Shown one piece after another: positions 29,230-39,100 of a DNA stretch of 64,000 nt. The stretch is from Armatimonadota bacterium (GTDB lineage Bacteria; Armatimonadota; HRBIN16). The notes under the pieces are model-generated. The model was not told the DNA's origin. It saw nothing but the letters and a program-made list of their open reading frames with translations, and ran no database searches. Each line of letters starts with the position of its first letter. The first letter of the stretch is position 1. Location of the stretch: positions 1,856,001-1,920,000 of the forward strand of contig OY781964.1 of NCBI GenBank assembly GCA_963677485.1, read 5' to 3'. The position numbers were made by a program, and so were the translations under genes.

Positions 29230-29802
29230 ATGCCGGTAAGCGTTAAAGTTCGGACGAAAACACTCATCATACTCATCGTGATCATAGTCACACTATCGGC
29301 TGTCTGGTGGTTATTGCCATCAGGCATCTACCTGTATGGCAACTACGGCTTGGATGTCACCGTGACGAAGGGACGGGTCAACGGAATCATGGCTTCACCA
29401 GATGCCGGCTTTTCATCATGGGGTGCTCTTGGTGCTGGTCAAGAGTCCAAGGAGGAGTTGGCTCAGGAAGCGAAACAGCATCAACAATGGATATATTCCC
29501 ATTTGGACCTACGCGGATACAGGTATGGGATGAGCCGCGATGATGTGAAGGCGAATGCCCGAAGGCGCGGTGACCGCATGGCCCCTGAAAGCTCAATGGT
29601 TAAAACGGAAGATGGCACGACCTTGATGTTCTCCTACGATGACCAGCAAAAGCTGAACACGGTGGTGATTTATTGTATTTACGGTCCTAAGCTGGGATTT
29701 CGTCAGGGCAGTACCGTGTGGAGCATGAAACGGGCGATCGGGGAACCGAGTTTCGTCTTGCGTAACAGGGCTCCTTTGCCCATAATAGACCGGCCTTTAT
29801 AG
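29230..29802 (+). CDS. Hypothetical membrane-anchored protein, paralogue 1
   Basis: N-terminal TM. Shares IYS.(L/I)DLRGY..GM...V.ANA.RRGDR with the next gene. Confidence 0.8.
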   Translation: MPVSVKVRTKTLIILIVIIVTLSAVWWLLPSGIYLYGNYGLDVTVTKGRVNGIMASPDAGFSSWGALGAGQESKEELAQEAKQHQQWIYSHLDLRGYRYGMSRDDVKANARRRGDRMAPESSMVKTEDGTTLMFSYDDQQKLNTVVIYCIYGPKLGFRQGSTVWSMKRAIGEPSFVLRNRAPLPIIDRPL

Positions 29803-29832
29803 TGGGAATAATATCCGCTGGAGGGATCATCT

Positions 29833-30408
29833 ATGCCTGAATACGTAAACATTCCAGTTCGAAAAACAGTGATCATTCTGTTGGTTATGATATTGGTGGT
29901 GATCGGCGTCAAGTGGAGCCACCGTAGTAATAGACAAACAGAGATACTTCGGTACGATCGACTGGGCCTGGAGGCTATGATGGTGGGCAATAAGCTGAAC
30001 GCCATTTCGGTGTCGCCGGAGGGCCCAGCATGGACATGGGCTCAGTACCAACCGCCGCAAGATACAGCTATCGTGATGGCGCAGAAGAGGCGTGTTAAGG
30101 AAAAGTCGATCTATTCACAGATCGACTTGCGCGGATACAAGTTTGGTATGACCATGGCGGAGGTACGGGCGAATGCAAAACGACGGGGTGACCGCATCGA
30201 ACCCGGGTCCGAAATCCAGACATTGTTTCTAAAAGATGGCACTCAGATGTCATTTGGCCTTGAAAGCAACCATGTGATGTATATCCTGGTGGCTGGTTAC
30301 TTCGGCAATAAATCTGGCATCAAGCAGGGGTGTAGTGTGCGCGATATCAAACGGGTTTACGGTAAGCCCGATTTTGTGATGGATTCGAGCTCGGGTAACA
30401 TCTTCTGA
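29833..30408 (+). CDS. Hypothetical membrane-anchored protein, paralogue 2
   Basis: Same architecture and motifs as 29230-29802. Confidence 0.8.
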   Translation: MPEYVNIPVRKTVIILLVMILVVIGVKWSHRSNRQTEILRYDRLGLEAMMVGNKLNAISVSPEGPAWTWAQYQPPQDTAIVMAQKRRVKEKSIYSQIDLRGYKFGMTMAEVRANAKRRGDRIEPGSEIQTLFLKDGTQMSFGLESNHVMYILVAGYFGNKSGIKQGCSVRDIKRVYGKPDFVMDSSSGNIF

Positions 30409-30494
30409 AGGCTCAGGCCATTCACCTCACTCCGAATACATTCCGGTAATATTGTGGTCACGCGCCTAATACAACACATAGGAACACACAGAAA

Positions 30495-30995
30495 ATGAAA
30501 CACGAAGATATCATACGCATGTTGAACCTGGTGCCGCACGATGCCGAAGGCGGCTACTATCGCGAGACTTACCGCAGTGCCGAAACCATCAGCGGCGATA
30601 TGCTCCCCAGCCGGTATGGTGGTGCCAGGAGCATGGGCACGGCGATCTACTACCTTCTCACCACCGATTCTTTTTCGGTGATGCACAAGCTGGCTTCGGA
30701 TGAAGTATTCCATTTCTACCTGGGTGATCCTGTCGAGATGCTGCAGTTGTACCCAGACGGCTCGCATAGCATCGAACTGTTGGGCAGCGATTTGGAGGCA
30801 GGGCAGCATCCGCAGTTGGTGGTGCCCACCGGAGTGTGGCAGGGATGCAGGCTTGTGCCGGGTGGGCGGTTCGCGCTGATGGGAACCACCGTCGCACCAG
30901 GGTTCGAAATGGCCGACTTCGAGACCGGGTCATTCGAGGAGCTCACCGGGCTCTATCCCGACTGCACAGAGATGATCCGAAAACTGACAAGGTAG
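30495..30995 (+). CDS. Cupin_5 (DUF985) family protein
   Basis: PH.AEGGYYRETYRS, TAIYYLL, DEVFHFYLG, TVAPGFE..DFE. Confidence 0.9.
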   Translation: MKHEDIIRMLNLVPHDAEGGYYRETYRSAETISGDMLPSRYGGARSMGTAIYYLLTTDSFSVMHKLASDEVFHFYLGDPVEMLQLYPDGSHSIELLGSDLEAGQHPQLVVPTGVWQGCRLVPGGRFALMGTTVAPGFEMADFETGSFEELTGLYPDCTEMIRKLTR

Positions 30996-31086
30996 GGAGG
31001 GGTAGCCTTACCTATCAGGTCGGGCTGGCGATATGGATCACGGTGGAGGTTCGTGAGATGCCTCTTTATTTCATACATTACGATAC

Positions 31087-31200
31087 TTTCACTATAGAGT
31101 GAAAGAGGTAATATTCATGAAAATATTGGTGATATTGGCCATAATCGACTATATATTCACTAATTTGCATTATTTCACTATATTATATAAATGGTGAATA
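31087..31200 (+). promoter_or_regulatory. AT-rich promoter with TTCAC/GTGAA palindromes, putative antitoxin operator
   Basis: Perfect TTTCACT-atag-AGTGAAA at 31087-31104, further TTCACTA at 31156 and 31174, and GTGAAT overlapping the start codon region. Confidence 0.5.
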
Positions 31201-32264
31201 CAATGAGAAGTGACCCTGTATCATATACAGATGCGGAAACCGCGCTTCGGTGCTGTCTGGATGAGGTGCCGTTTATCACGGTTCAGCAACTTGGTGCTGC
31301 CGATTCTGCGTACCCCGGTTTGGACTTTCAGGCCAACCTGCTGGTCGGGGACAGGCCAATAGTGATATTTGCTGTCATCATGAGTGACGGAACCCCACGC
31401 ACAGTCAGGGAAATCACTGCCAGGGTATCAAGCTGCCTTGAGCGTGTACCGTTGAAGTCATACGGAGTGCTCATTGCCCCTTACATATCTGAAGATGCAG
31501 GCGCCATACCGCGCGAACAAGGTGTTGGGTATGTGGACCTTGCTGGTAACTATCAATTGTGCTTCGATCAGGTCTATCTGCATGTGCGCAAAGGCGAAAA
31601 GCCGATGGCTGTTAAGCAAACCCTACGCTCCATCTACTCCCCTAAAGCCTCACGCGTCTTACGCGTGCTGCTTGATGAACCGGGGAAAGTATGGAAGGTG
31701 CAGGAAATGGCCGAGAGCGCGGGCATCAGCCTGGGGATGGCCTGGAAGGTCAAAGATCAGCTATGTGCCAGGGAATGGCTTCAGGTGCAGAACAAGGATC
31801 TTGTGCTGACAAGACCGGAAGCATTGCTCAAGGAGTGGGCGTTGAACTACAAGCCTGTGCCTAAAGAGAGCATCTACGACTTCTACTCTTTCCACAGCCC
31901 AAGCGAGGTTGAATTCCGGCTTGCGGAAGTGTGTAAGGCGCGAAGCATCCCATACGCACTTGCTGAGTTCTCCGGCGGGGCACGGTATGCACCGGTTGTC
32001 CGTTACATGCGTGCAAGTGCGTATGTGGGTGAACGCGTTGACGAGATAGTGGATGCACTGCAGCTTAAGCGGGTAGCTACAGGCGCGAATGTCAGACTCA
32101 TACTGGATAAAGATGGCGGTTCATTCCTGCGATCCCGCGAGGTAGACGGTTTGAAAATTATATCGCCTGTGCAAGCATATCTGGACTTGTCCAAGATACC
32201 GGGACGTGGCGAAGAAGCGGCTGAAGGGATATTGAAGAAGGAGATTGAGCCGAAATGGCGGTAA
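31191..32264 (+). CDS. Type IV toxin-antitoxin AbiEi-like antitoxin / transcriptional regulator
   Basis: APYIS, GYVDLAGN, central HTH (EMAESAGISLG), LL.EW, SPVQAYLDL...GRGEEAA. Confidence 0.8.
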   Translation: MVNTMRSDPVSYTDAETALRCCLDEVPFITVQQLGAADSAYPGLDFQANLLVGDRPIVIFAVIMSDGTPRTVREITARVSSCLERVPLKSYGVLIAPYISEDAGAIPREQGVGYVDLAGNYQLCFDQVYLHVRKGEKPMAVKQTLRSIYSPKASRVLRVLLDEPGKVWKVQEMAESAGISLGMAWKVKDQLCAREWLQVQNKDLVLTRPEALLKEWALNYKPVPKESIYDFYSFHSPSEVEFRLAEVCKARSIPYALAEFSGGARYAPVVRYMRASAYVGERVDEIVDALQLKRVATGANVRLILDKDGGSFLRSREVDGLKIISPVQAYLDLSKIPGRGEEAAEGILKKEIEPKWR

Positions 32265-33073
32265 CTCAAACAGACTATTCTGGTGATCAGGTTGAAGCCG
32301 CGAAGTCGGTGATGCTGGAATTGACACACCTGCTGGGCGAGTATAAAGATGACATAGTGATCATCGGCGGATGGGTTCCTGAGCTTCTGCTGTCTGATCA
32401 TGTAGGCAACATTGACGTTGATCTAGCACTGAACCATCTGACACTACACGAAGCTGGCTACACTACAATCGAGAAGCTGCTTCTGTCTCAGGAATACCGT
32501 AAGAACGTGGACCAACCTTATATCTTTTACCGCACAGTGGTCGTGAACAACAAAGAGATTGATGTAGAAGTTGATCTTCTATCTGGCGAATATGCCGGAA
32601 CGAGCAAGAGCCACCGACACCAAAGTATCCAAGACATTAAGGCGAGGAAAGCGCGCGGATGCGAGCTTGCATTCGACCTGGCCTCCGAGGTGACAATATC
32701 CGGTCATCTTCCTAACGGCGGTAAGGATACAGTCAAAGTGAGGGTGGCATCCATAGTGCCCTTCATCGTAATGAAGGGTATGGCGATCTACGACCGTCTC
32801 AAAGAAAAAGACGCTTACGACATCTACTTTTGCCTTAAGAACTACCCGGGTGGCCTTGACACGCTTGTCGAAGAGTTTCGGCCGCACGCATCGAACGGGC
32901 TGGTCAAGGAGGCTTTGGGGAAGATCGCAGGTAAATTCGCCACATACGATAGCGTAGGGCCGGTCCACGTGGCTGACTTCCTGGAGATAGTAGACTCGGA
33001 AGACCGTGAACGAGTGCAGCGTGATGCCTATGAGCGTGTGAGCTACCTAGTTGGAAAACTGGTAACTGAATGA
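32255..33073 (+). CDS. AbiEii-like nucleotidyltransferase toxin
   Basis: IIGGWVP...IDVDL nucleotidyltransferase motif, VDLL, C-terminal K..A...R.KEKDAYD. Overlaps the antitoxin gene. Confidence 0.78.
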   Translation: MAVTQTDYSGDQVEAAKSVMLELTHLLGEYKDDIVIIGGWVPELLLSDHVGNIDVDLALNHLTLHEAGYTTIEKLLLSQEYRKNVDQPYIFYRTVVVNNKEIDVEVDLLSGEYAGTSKSHRHQSIQDIKARKARGCELAFDLASEVTISGHLPNGGKDTVKVRVASIVPFIVMKGMAIYDRLKEKDAYDIYFCLKNYPGGLDTLVEEFRPHASNGLVKEALGKIAGKFATYDSVGPVHVADFLEIVDSEDRERVQRDAYERVSYLVGKLVTE

Positions 33074-33300
33074 CCCCAAAGTTGAATGAGGTCTTCTAAT
33101 ACAGTCCTTTCCGCTCATCTCCGACTAGTTATGAACACCCCTGTTTCTACACCAAACATTGAAAGAGATATGCGGATACCTGCCCCAAACCCGCATACGG
33201 CAAGCGATCGGCATCGCGCCATTTTCTCGTTACCATAGTCTATTACGTCAACCCAGGTTGGACAAACACAGTGCTGCACGACCGATCGGAGAAGACTGCT

Positions 33301-35928
33301 CTATTTCATCGGGCCGATCTTCAGAATGCGTGTCTGTGCATAGCTCATCGGCAAGGTCAGTTTGGGTCCCATACCCAGCTTCTGCCCGGTCATCAAATCA
33401 AAAACCGGCTCATTGCGACCGGTGTCAACCCGGACAGCTCCATCAGTGGACGCATGTAACGCCAGAACATCGCCGTTAGCATACACGATGCAATCCTGCT
33501 GCGTATACAGATGCACTCCAGCGGCAGCGGCCAGTTTCCGCAACAGAACCCTGTTCCAACCCGGCGTTCCCCAGAACACCGTAAGGCCTCCCTCACGCTT
33601 ACGGACAGCAACCGCAGTCGATCCATCGGAGTATCTACCTTTGATTTCGGAGGGTTTCGCGTCCGTCACCGCGAACGTCGGATCCATCTTTTCCGGCCTC
33701 ACGTAGAATACGCTGCCTATGAGCTCTTTACTTGCAGGAAGCGCATATGACTGATCGAGTTGAGCAAGTTTCAAGGAAAAGCCTGTCAACTGCTTCATCG
33801 CCGAGAGTGAGTGGTACAGACCATTAAAATAACCAGGGGCATATGCCCAGATGCACACGCTGCCTTTGGTCGCTTTCAATAGTGCTGCCCTTTGCCTGGC
33901 GTCCAGCTTCCAAGCGCCAGCGAACACATACATTTTCGCCTTCACTTTACCCGCAAGCACATCATCCAGCAGATACTGCCCAAATGGAGCTCCTATACGG
34001 CTCAGTTCACGGCGAGCTTCGGTGACCAACGGCCCACCCACCTTGTCGGAGCCATCAGACAGCATCAGCATGCTTTGCTCATCGAGAACAAGGGCGATTT
34101 CTGGCCGAAATGGCTTGGCATTGTTGATGTAGTAGTCATCCATCATCGCCATCTTCTTCATCTGCGCCCACATGCTGGGGCTATCAAACCAGCCGCTGGC
34201 CGCCAAATCCGCCCACCATGTGGCGAAGTTACGGGTGGCTTCCTGGGCCACATTTCGGGTAAGCAGTTGGTTGGTCTGATCCACCGATGTCAGCACCTGC
34301 TCTGTCCCCGAAAAGCCCTTCTCCGTCACAAGCGATGTGCGGGTGTCATCCTCATTCAGCCACATCTTGCCCGCCAGCGCCACGCTTTCTGCGGCAGTCA
34401 TGCAGGGCGAAGATTGCCCCAGTCCACGGTCGCCATACGAAATCGGTGAGCAGACGATGTCGATATCCGGGCAGTCGAGTATCTGGCGAAGCGCATAGTG
34501 ACCGGACGACCCCGCTCCAGTCGTCATTGGCGCGAATTCAAATACATAGCCGTAGAACACCAACACCAGTTTGCGGCCGGAGGTGGCCTTTCGAACTACT
34601 TTGGCGTAGTCGCACACGCTGTCCGCCATACTTTTCTGCTGGAACTGCACAAAGTCCATCACCTGCCGCTCGGTCTTCGGGTCACGGAATATCCCGCCAG
34701 GGGAGCTGTGCCGTCTCTCGGGGCCAGGAACTTCAGCCGTAGTCAGTGTGACGGATTTGTCATTCCAGGCCTGCTGTATCTCAAGGTCACTCTTGTACTG
34801 TGTCTTCAGCCATTTGCGGAAGGCCGTAGCGTCGCAGGGTGAATAGCCATTCAACGGCCGATCCCAGCTATCCTGGTAGAACCACTCACCGGTCATCTGG
34901 CCGTTCGGGTGGTAGCCGGCGATGTGCTCGCCTAGTGTGCTTTCAAGGTGCTGAACCAGCTTCTGCAGCCGTACCGATGCCTCTTTTTTGAATAGCTCAG
35001 AGGCCGGAGAGGCGGTGTTGGGGTGAGTGCCGCTCTCCCAGCGCATCTTCTCGTCAGGATGCTGTGCCAGCCACCATTCAGGCGCATACACCTGTATTCT
35101 GGGGATAAGCAGCGCCTTGGGGTTGGCCTTTAGTGCGATATCCAATATGGCATCTACATTACACCAGTCCTCTGGCTCGCCGGGTTTCGGCCAGGGGAAT
35201 GGGATGGTTGTGCTCACAAAGTGGACCCCAGCCGCGGCTGCCAACTTCACTTGAGACTCGAAAGGCCCGGGAGGCCATCCGAGGAACTCATAGACATCTC
35301 CTGGTCGATAGAATGCTGTCTGTAACGACCTCTGGGTAGTAGACTTCATCCACAAGCTCACCCGATAGCGGTGAGCTGCTTCAAGCTTCAGGTTCGGCAC
35401 ATGGTGGATAAAGAAATCTGGCCAAACACCATCTGGAGGGTTGTTGATTTGAACATGCAGTCCGGCTGAGCCATCCTGCCCGACTCCGGGTTCCACACTT
35501 ACTTTGCCCACAAAATTCTTATCGTCAGGCGGCCATGTCAACCATTCTTTGGTGAATGATGCGTGGCCATCTTCGAAATCACAAACGGGGATGGTTTGTG
35601 CACCTGTAGTGAGGTCCACGACGCGGATGTTATCAATATAGACATCCCCTGCAGTGTGACCTAATCTCAGACGCATCGTCGCAGTCTTAAGCTCTGCTTG
35701 AAGAGGGGTGAACTCATATTGGATGATCTGAACCTTTGGAAGGATGGTGATCAATCCCGGCTGTGGCTGCCCCCAAAACATGCGCGCCCTGACAGGCTGC
35801 CCGTTCACCATGATCCGCGGAGCGCCTGACCGGCTTTGCACTCGCACAGTCAGCGGCTTAGCCTGTGCCATACTCACTGCGAGCATGACTACAGCTGTCA
35901 GCAGATTGATCGGACGACTGGGGGTCAT
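33301..35928 (-). CDS. Secreted GH42-like (beta-galactosidase-like) glycoside hydrolase with inserted carbohydrate-binding module
   Basis: Signal peptide, CBM4/9-like segment, PEWW...HP, TGEWFY, SPISY, EDDTRT. Paralogue of 62403-64000. Confidence 0.7.
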   Translation of the reverse strand: MTPSRPINLLTAVVMLAVSMAQAKPLTVRVQSRSGAPRIMVNGQPVRARMFWGQPQPGLITILPKVQIIQYEFTPLQAELKTATMRLRLGHTAGDVYIDNIRVVDLTTGAQTIPVCDFEDGHASFTKEWLTWPPDDKNFVGKVSVEPGVGQDGSAGLHVQINNPPDGVWPDFFIHHVPNLKLEAAHRYRVSLWMKSTTQRSLQTAFYRPGDVYEFLGWPPGPFESQVKLAAAAGVHFVSTTIPFPWPKPGEPEDWCNVDAILDIALKANPKALLIPRIQVYAPEWWLAQHPDEKMRWESGTHPNTASPASELFKKEASVRLQKLVQHLESTLGEHIAGYHPNGQMTGEWFYQDSWDRPLNGYSPCDATAFRKWLKTQYKSDLEIQQAWNDKSVTLTTAEVPGPERRHSSPGGIFRDPKTERQVMDFVQFQQKSMADSVCDYAKVVRKATSGRKLVLVFYGYVFEFAPMTTGAGSSGHYALRQILDCPDIDIVCSPISYGDRGLGQSSPCMTAAESVALAGKMWLNEDDTRTSLVTEKGFSGTEQVLTSVDQTNQLLTRNVAQEATRNFATWWADLAASGWFDSPSMWAQMKKMAMMDDYYINNAKPFRPEIALVLDEQSMLMLSDGSDKVGGPLVTEARRELSRIGAPFGQYLLDDVLAGKVKAKMYVFAGAWKLDARQRAALLKATKGSVCIWAYAPGYFNGLYHSLSAMKQLTGFSLKLAQLDQSYALPASKELIGSVFYVRPEKMDPTFAVTDAKPSEIKGRYSDGSTAVAVRKREGGLTVFWGTPGWNRVLLRKLAAAAGVHLYTQQDCIVYANGDVLALHASTDGAVRVDTGRNEPVFDLMTGQKLGMGPKLTLPMSYAQTRILKIGPMK

Positions 35929-36101
35929 GGGATCACCTCAAAGTATTGTTCATTAACGAGATGATACTGTCTTTTGCCCCTAAGCGCACGCATGGTGAAT
36001 CGGCCAGACGACCAGATCGAACGAAGTGAGCTAATGAACGACCTTCTCCTCCCATATCTGAGACGGTAGTTGTGAGGGTATACATTTATATGTTTCATTA
36101 A

Positions 36102-39100
36102 GTGCTATACTTAAGAACATACTACTCAGCCGGGGGTAACCGTGTGCGAAGAATGCTCGCTTTACTTCTCATATCGATGGTGATGCTGGGCTCAGGAACA
36201 TCTGCCCAGGATGCCGTCACCTACTATAAACAGGGCGATACTTTTCAGACTAGCGGCCAGTTTGTTGAGGCGGTTAAGTCATATGATAAGGCCATCGAAC
36301 TCGATAATAAGTATGTTGATGCCTTTATCAAGCGCGGCCAGTGTAAGCGTCAACTGAAGCCCCCCGACTATAACGGCTCGCTTGTTGATCTTAGCAGGGC
36401 CATTAAGCTTGACCCAAAGTCCTTCGTTGCTTATAACAGCCGAGGCGGCACCTATAAGGCCATGATGAAATACGATCTGGCTATGTCGGACTTCAATAAG
36501 GCCATTGAACTCGATTCAAAAAGCGAGAAAGCCCTATACAACCGCGGCACTCTGTGGCTGGATACCAAGGAATATACCAAAGCCGTCGCCGATCTGACCC
36601 TCGCCATCAACCGCGTCCCATCATATGTGTTTTCCTACTTTCAACGGGCCAAGGCCTACCAAGCCCTGAAGAGAGATCAAGACGCACTGGCTGATTATGA
36701 TAAAGCGGTGTCTATGGAACCAAAATACGCCGATGCCATGCACTACCGTTCAATATTGAAGCAAGCGATGGGTGATATACAGGGGGCGATTGCAGACTCC
36801 CGTAAAGCGGTTGAAATAGATCCCAAAAGCAACCTCTATAAGGCCCAACTTGGTGATCTCCTTAACGCTAAGCCTGTTGATGCCACCGTCGCTGACACGC
36901 CTGATAAACCGATTGCCTCTGTGAATTCAACATCAATCCCAATCACATTCCTTCCCGATAAACCGGACGATATTGCTATCTGGAACAATCCAGCGACGCC
37001 CTGGCAAAAAGGCGCGACCCCGATAACAGGCAACCTTACTGCTGCCGAGATGAACACTAACATGGATTTCAGCACGTTGGATTTCGACGGTTATCAGTCT
37101 GCCGTCATGGCCGCAATGGGCAGCATGCGGCTCGTATACGGCGATATGGCGCCAGAGGAAGAGGGTCGGTTCCAAGCTGGATGGTCGCCACTGATTGACT
37201 TCCCCACTCCGATAGGGCTCGGATACCTCAACAAGATGAATCCGCTGCTGCAGGAGTTTTTGCGTCTGCGCTCAGTCATGGTCTCAACCGCCATGCAGTT
37301 CGACGAGGCTTGGACTGAGGCAGGGGTTGCCGCTGGCTTCGGACTAGAAGATATGGCTGCCGGAGCACTTCAGAATGCGAATGTATATAAGCAAGGCCTT
37401 GTGAACCTCAAGCAGCGCATGGATGCCGTCGTCCAACAGATCACGGTACTCGGCGATCCACCCAACCCAATCGCCGCCAAACAACGCGCCAGAAAAAAAC
37501 TGGTACAGACGTTAAAGTCATTACCGTTTGTACAGATCACCCCTGCGAATCAGACCGTCTCGCTGGGGCAACCGTGCAAATTCATGCCGACTGTAAGGAA
37601 TATGCCTGCAGCAACTAAGCTATCATGGACGTTTGGTGACGGAAAATCGGCAGTCAAGCCGTCAGCTACCTCAGTTTCGTACGCCTACGCTAAACAGGGC
37701 ACATACACGGTCAAGCTCGTGGTCACAGATGCCAAGACAGGCGCAAAAGTTGGTGCATCCGAGGCAAAAGTGACCATAGGGGATGCTGCTCCCAGAGGTA
37801 GATATGTGTTGATTGATGTGACGTCGAAGATGGAGCCTGAAGAATGGCTTGAGGTTACCGGTGGTCTTGGTAGCATCACTGAAACCCACACCAGTCACGA
37901 AGATCCCAAGGATTCGACGAAAGAGACCGGTAGCTGTAGTGTGGAGTACAGTTGGACGAACCCGCCAAGCTACATAGACCCAAAGGTCAATACTAAGTTT
38001 ACGTCAAGGACAGCCTTCAAGAGTAGATCCGGACGCTGGAGCATCACGGTTCAGGGGCTTAACGCTGCTCTGCAATTCTTCAAGACTGACCAGGTAGATA
38101 TCATGAACCAGATATGGACAGGGCAGTTCAACAGTCTATCAATGATGGATATGGTCAGTATAGGCTCTACATCATTTCTTGATGAACCACGGATTTCAAC
38201 TGATGGGCCCAAAACCGAATGGCACGAAAAACCCGGCAAATATCCCCAAGAGCAGACTTGGACAGCCGAATCCGACCATATCGACACAAAAGATTGCCCA
38301 TTTGCGATGGTTGTGATCAGGGTTAGTTGCGGCTACCATATCGGGTATACATGCTATAAATACAAGTATGACCCCACCGGCGTCGAGCAGGCAATTAGCC
38401 TGGCGAAGATAGAACAAGCATCGAAGGAACAAATAGAGACGCAGACTGCGCAACAAGCCGCAGCTAATGCGCAGGAGCAGTCGAGGAAAGACGCCATCGC
38501 GGGTCATACCAGTACCATCGCGTTCTATACAACCAGCATCACCGGTTTGCGTTCACAGCTAGCTACAGAAACTAATCCTGACCGCACAAAGGAACTGAAC
38601 AGCCGGATCGTTGATGCCCTCACGGAGATACAACACGAGAAGGACCTGATCGCGTCGATCCAAACCGGCACCATCGTGCACAACCGCACGGTAGCAGAGG
38701 ATGTGCAGCACACCCAGCTCATAAACTCATGCTTCCGAGACATTCAGATTAGCAAGCAGATCCAAGACAATGCACTGCGAGCTCGAAACTTCTTCAAAGC
38801 GGCTGATAACCTGCAAGCACTCATCAACATCCTACCTCAGGCCGAGGCGGCTCAACTCCGTGAGTGGGCGAACAAGAAACTGGATGTCAAGGCGATGGTT
38901 AACCGCGATTCCTCCAAATTGAAGCAGATCAGCTCTGCCGTGTTAAACGTCGTTCAAGGTAAGAACCTGGGCGATGAGGCACAGGCCATGGAAGCCATCA
39001 ATACTCTTGAAGAGATCAAATGGGGAGCGAGTACAGCACTCATCGTAGTGGCTCCATTTGCTGCTGCTGAGGGCATCGTCGTCGGCTCGACACTGGCGGC

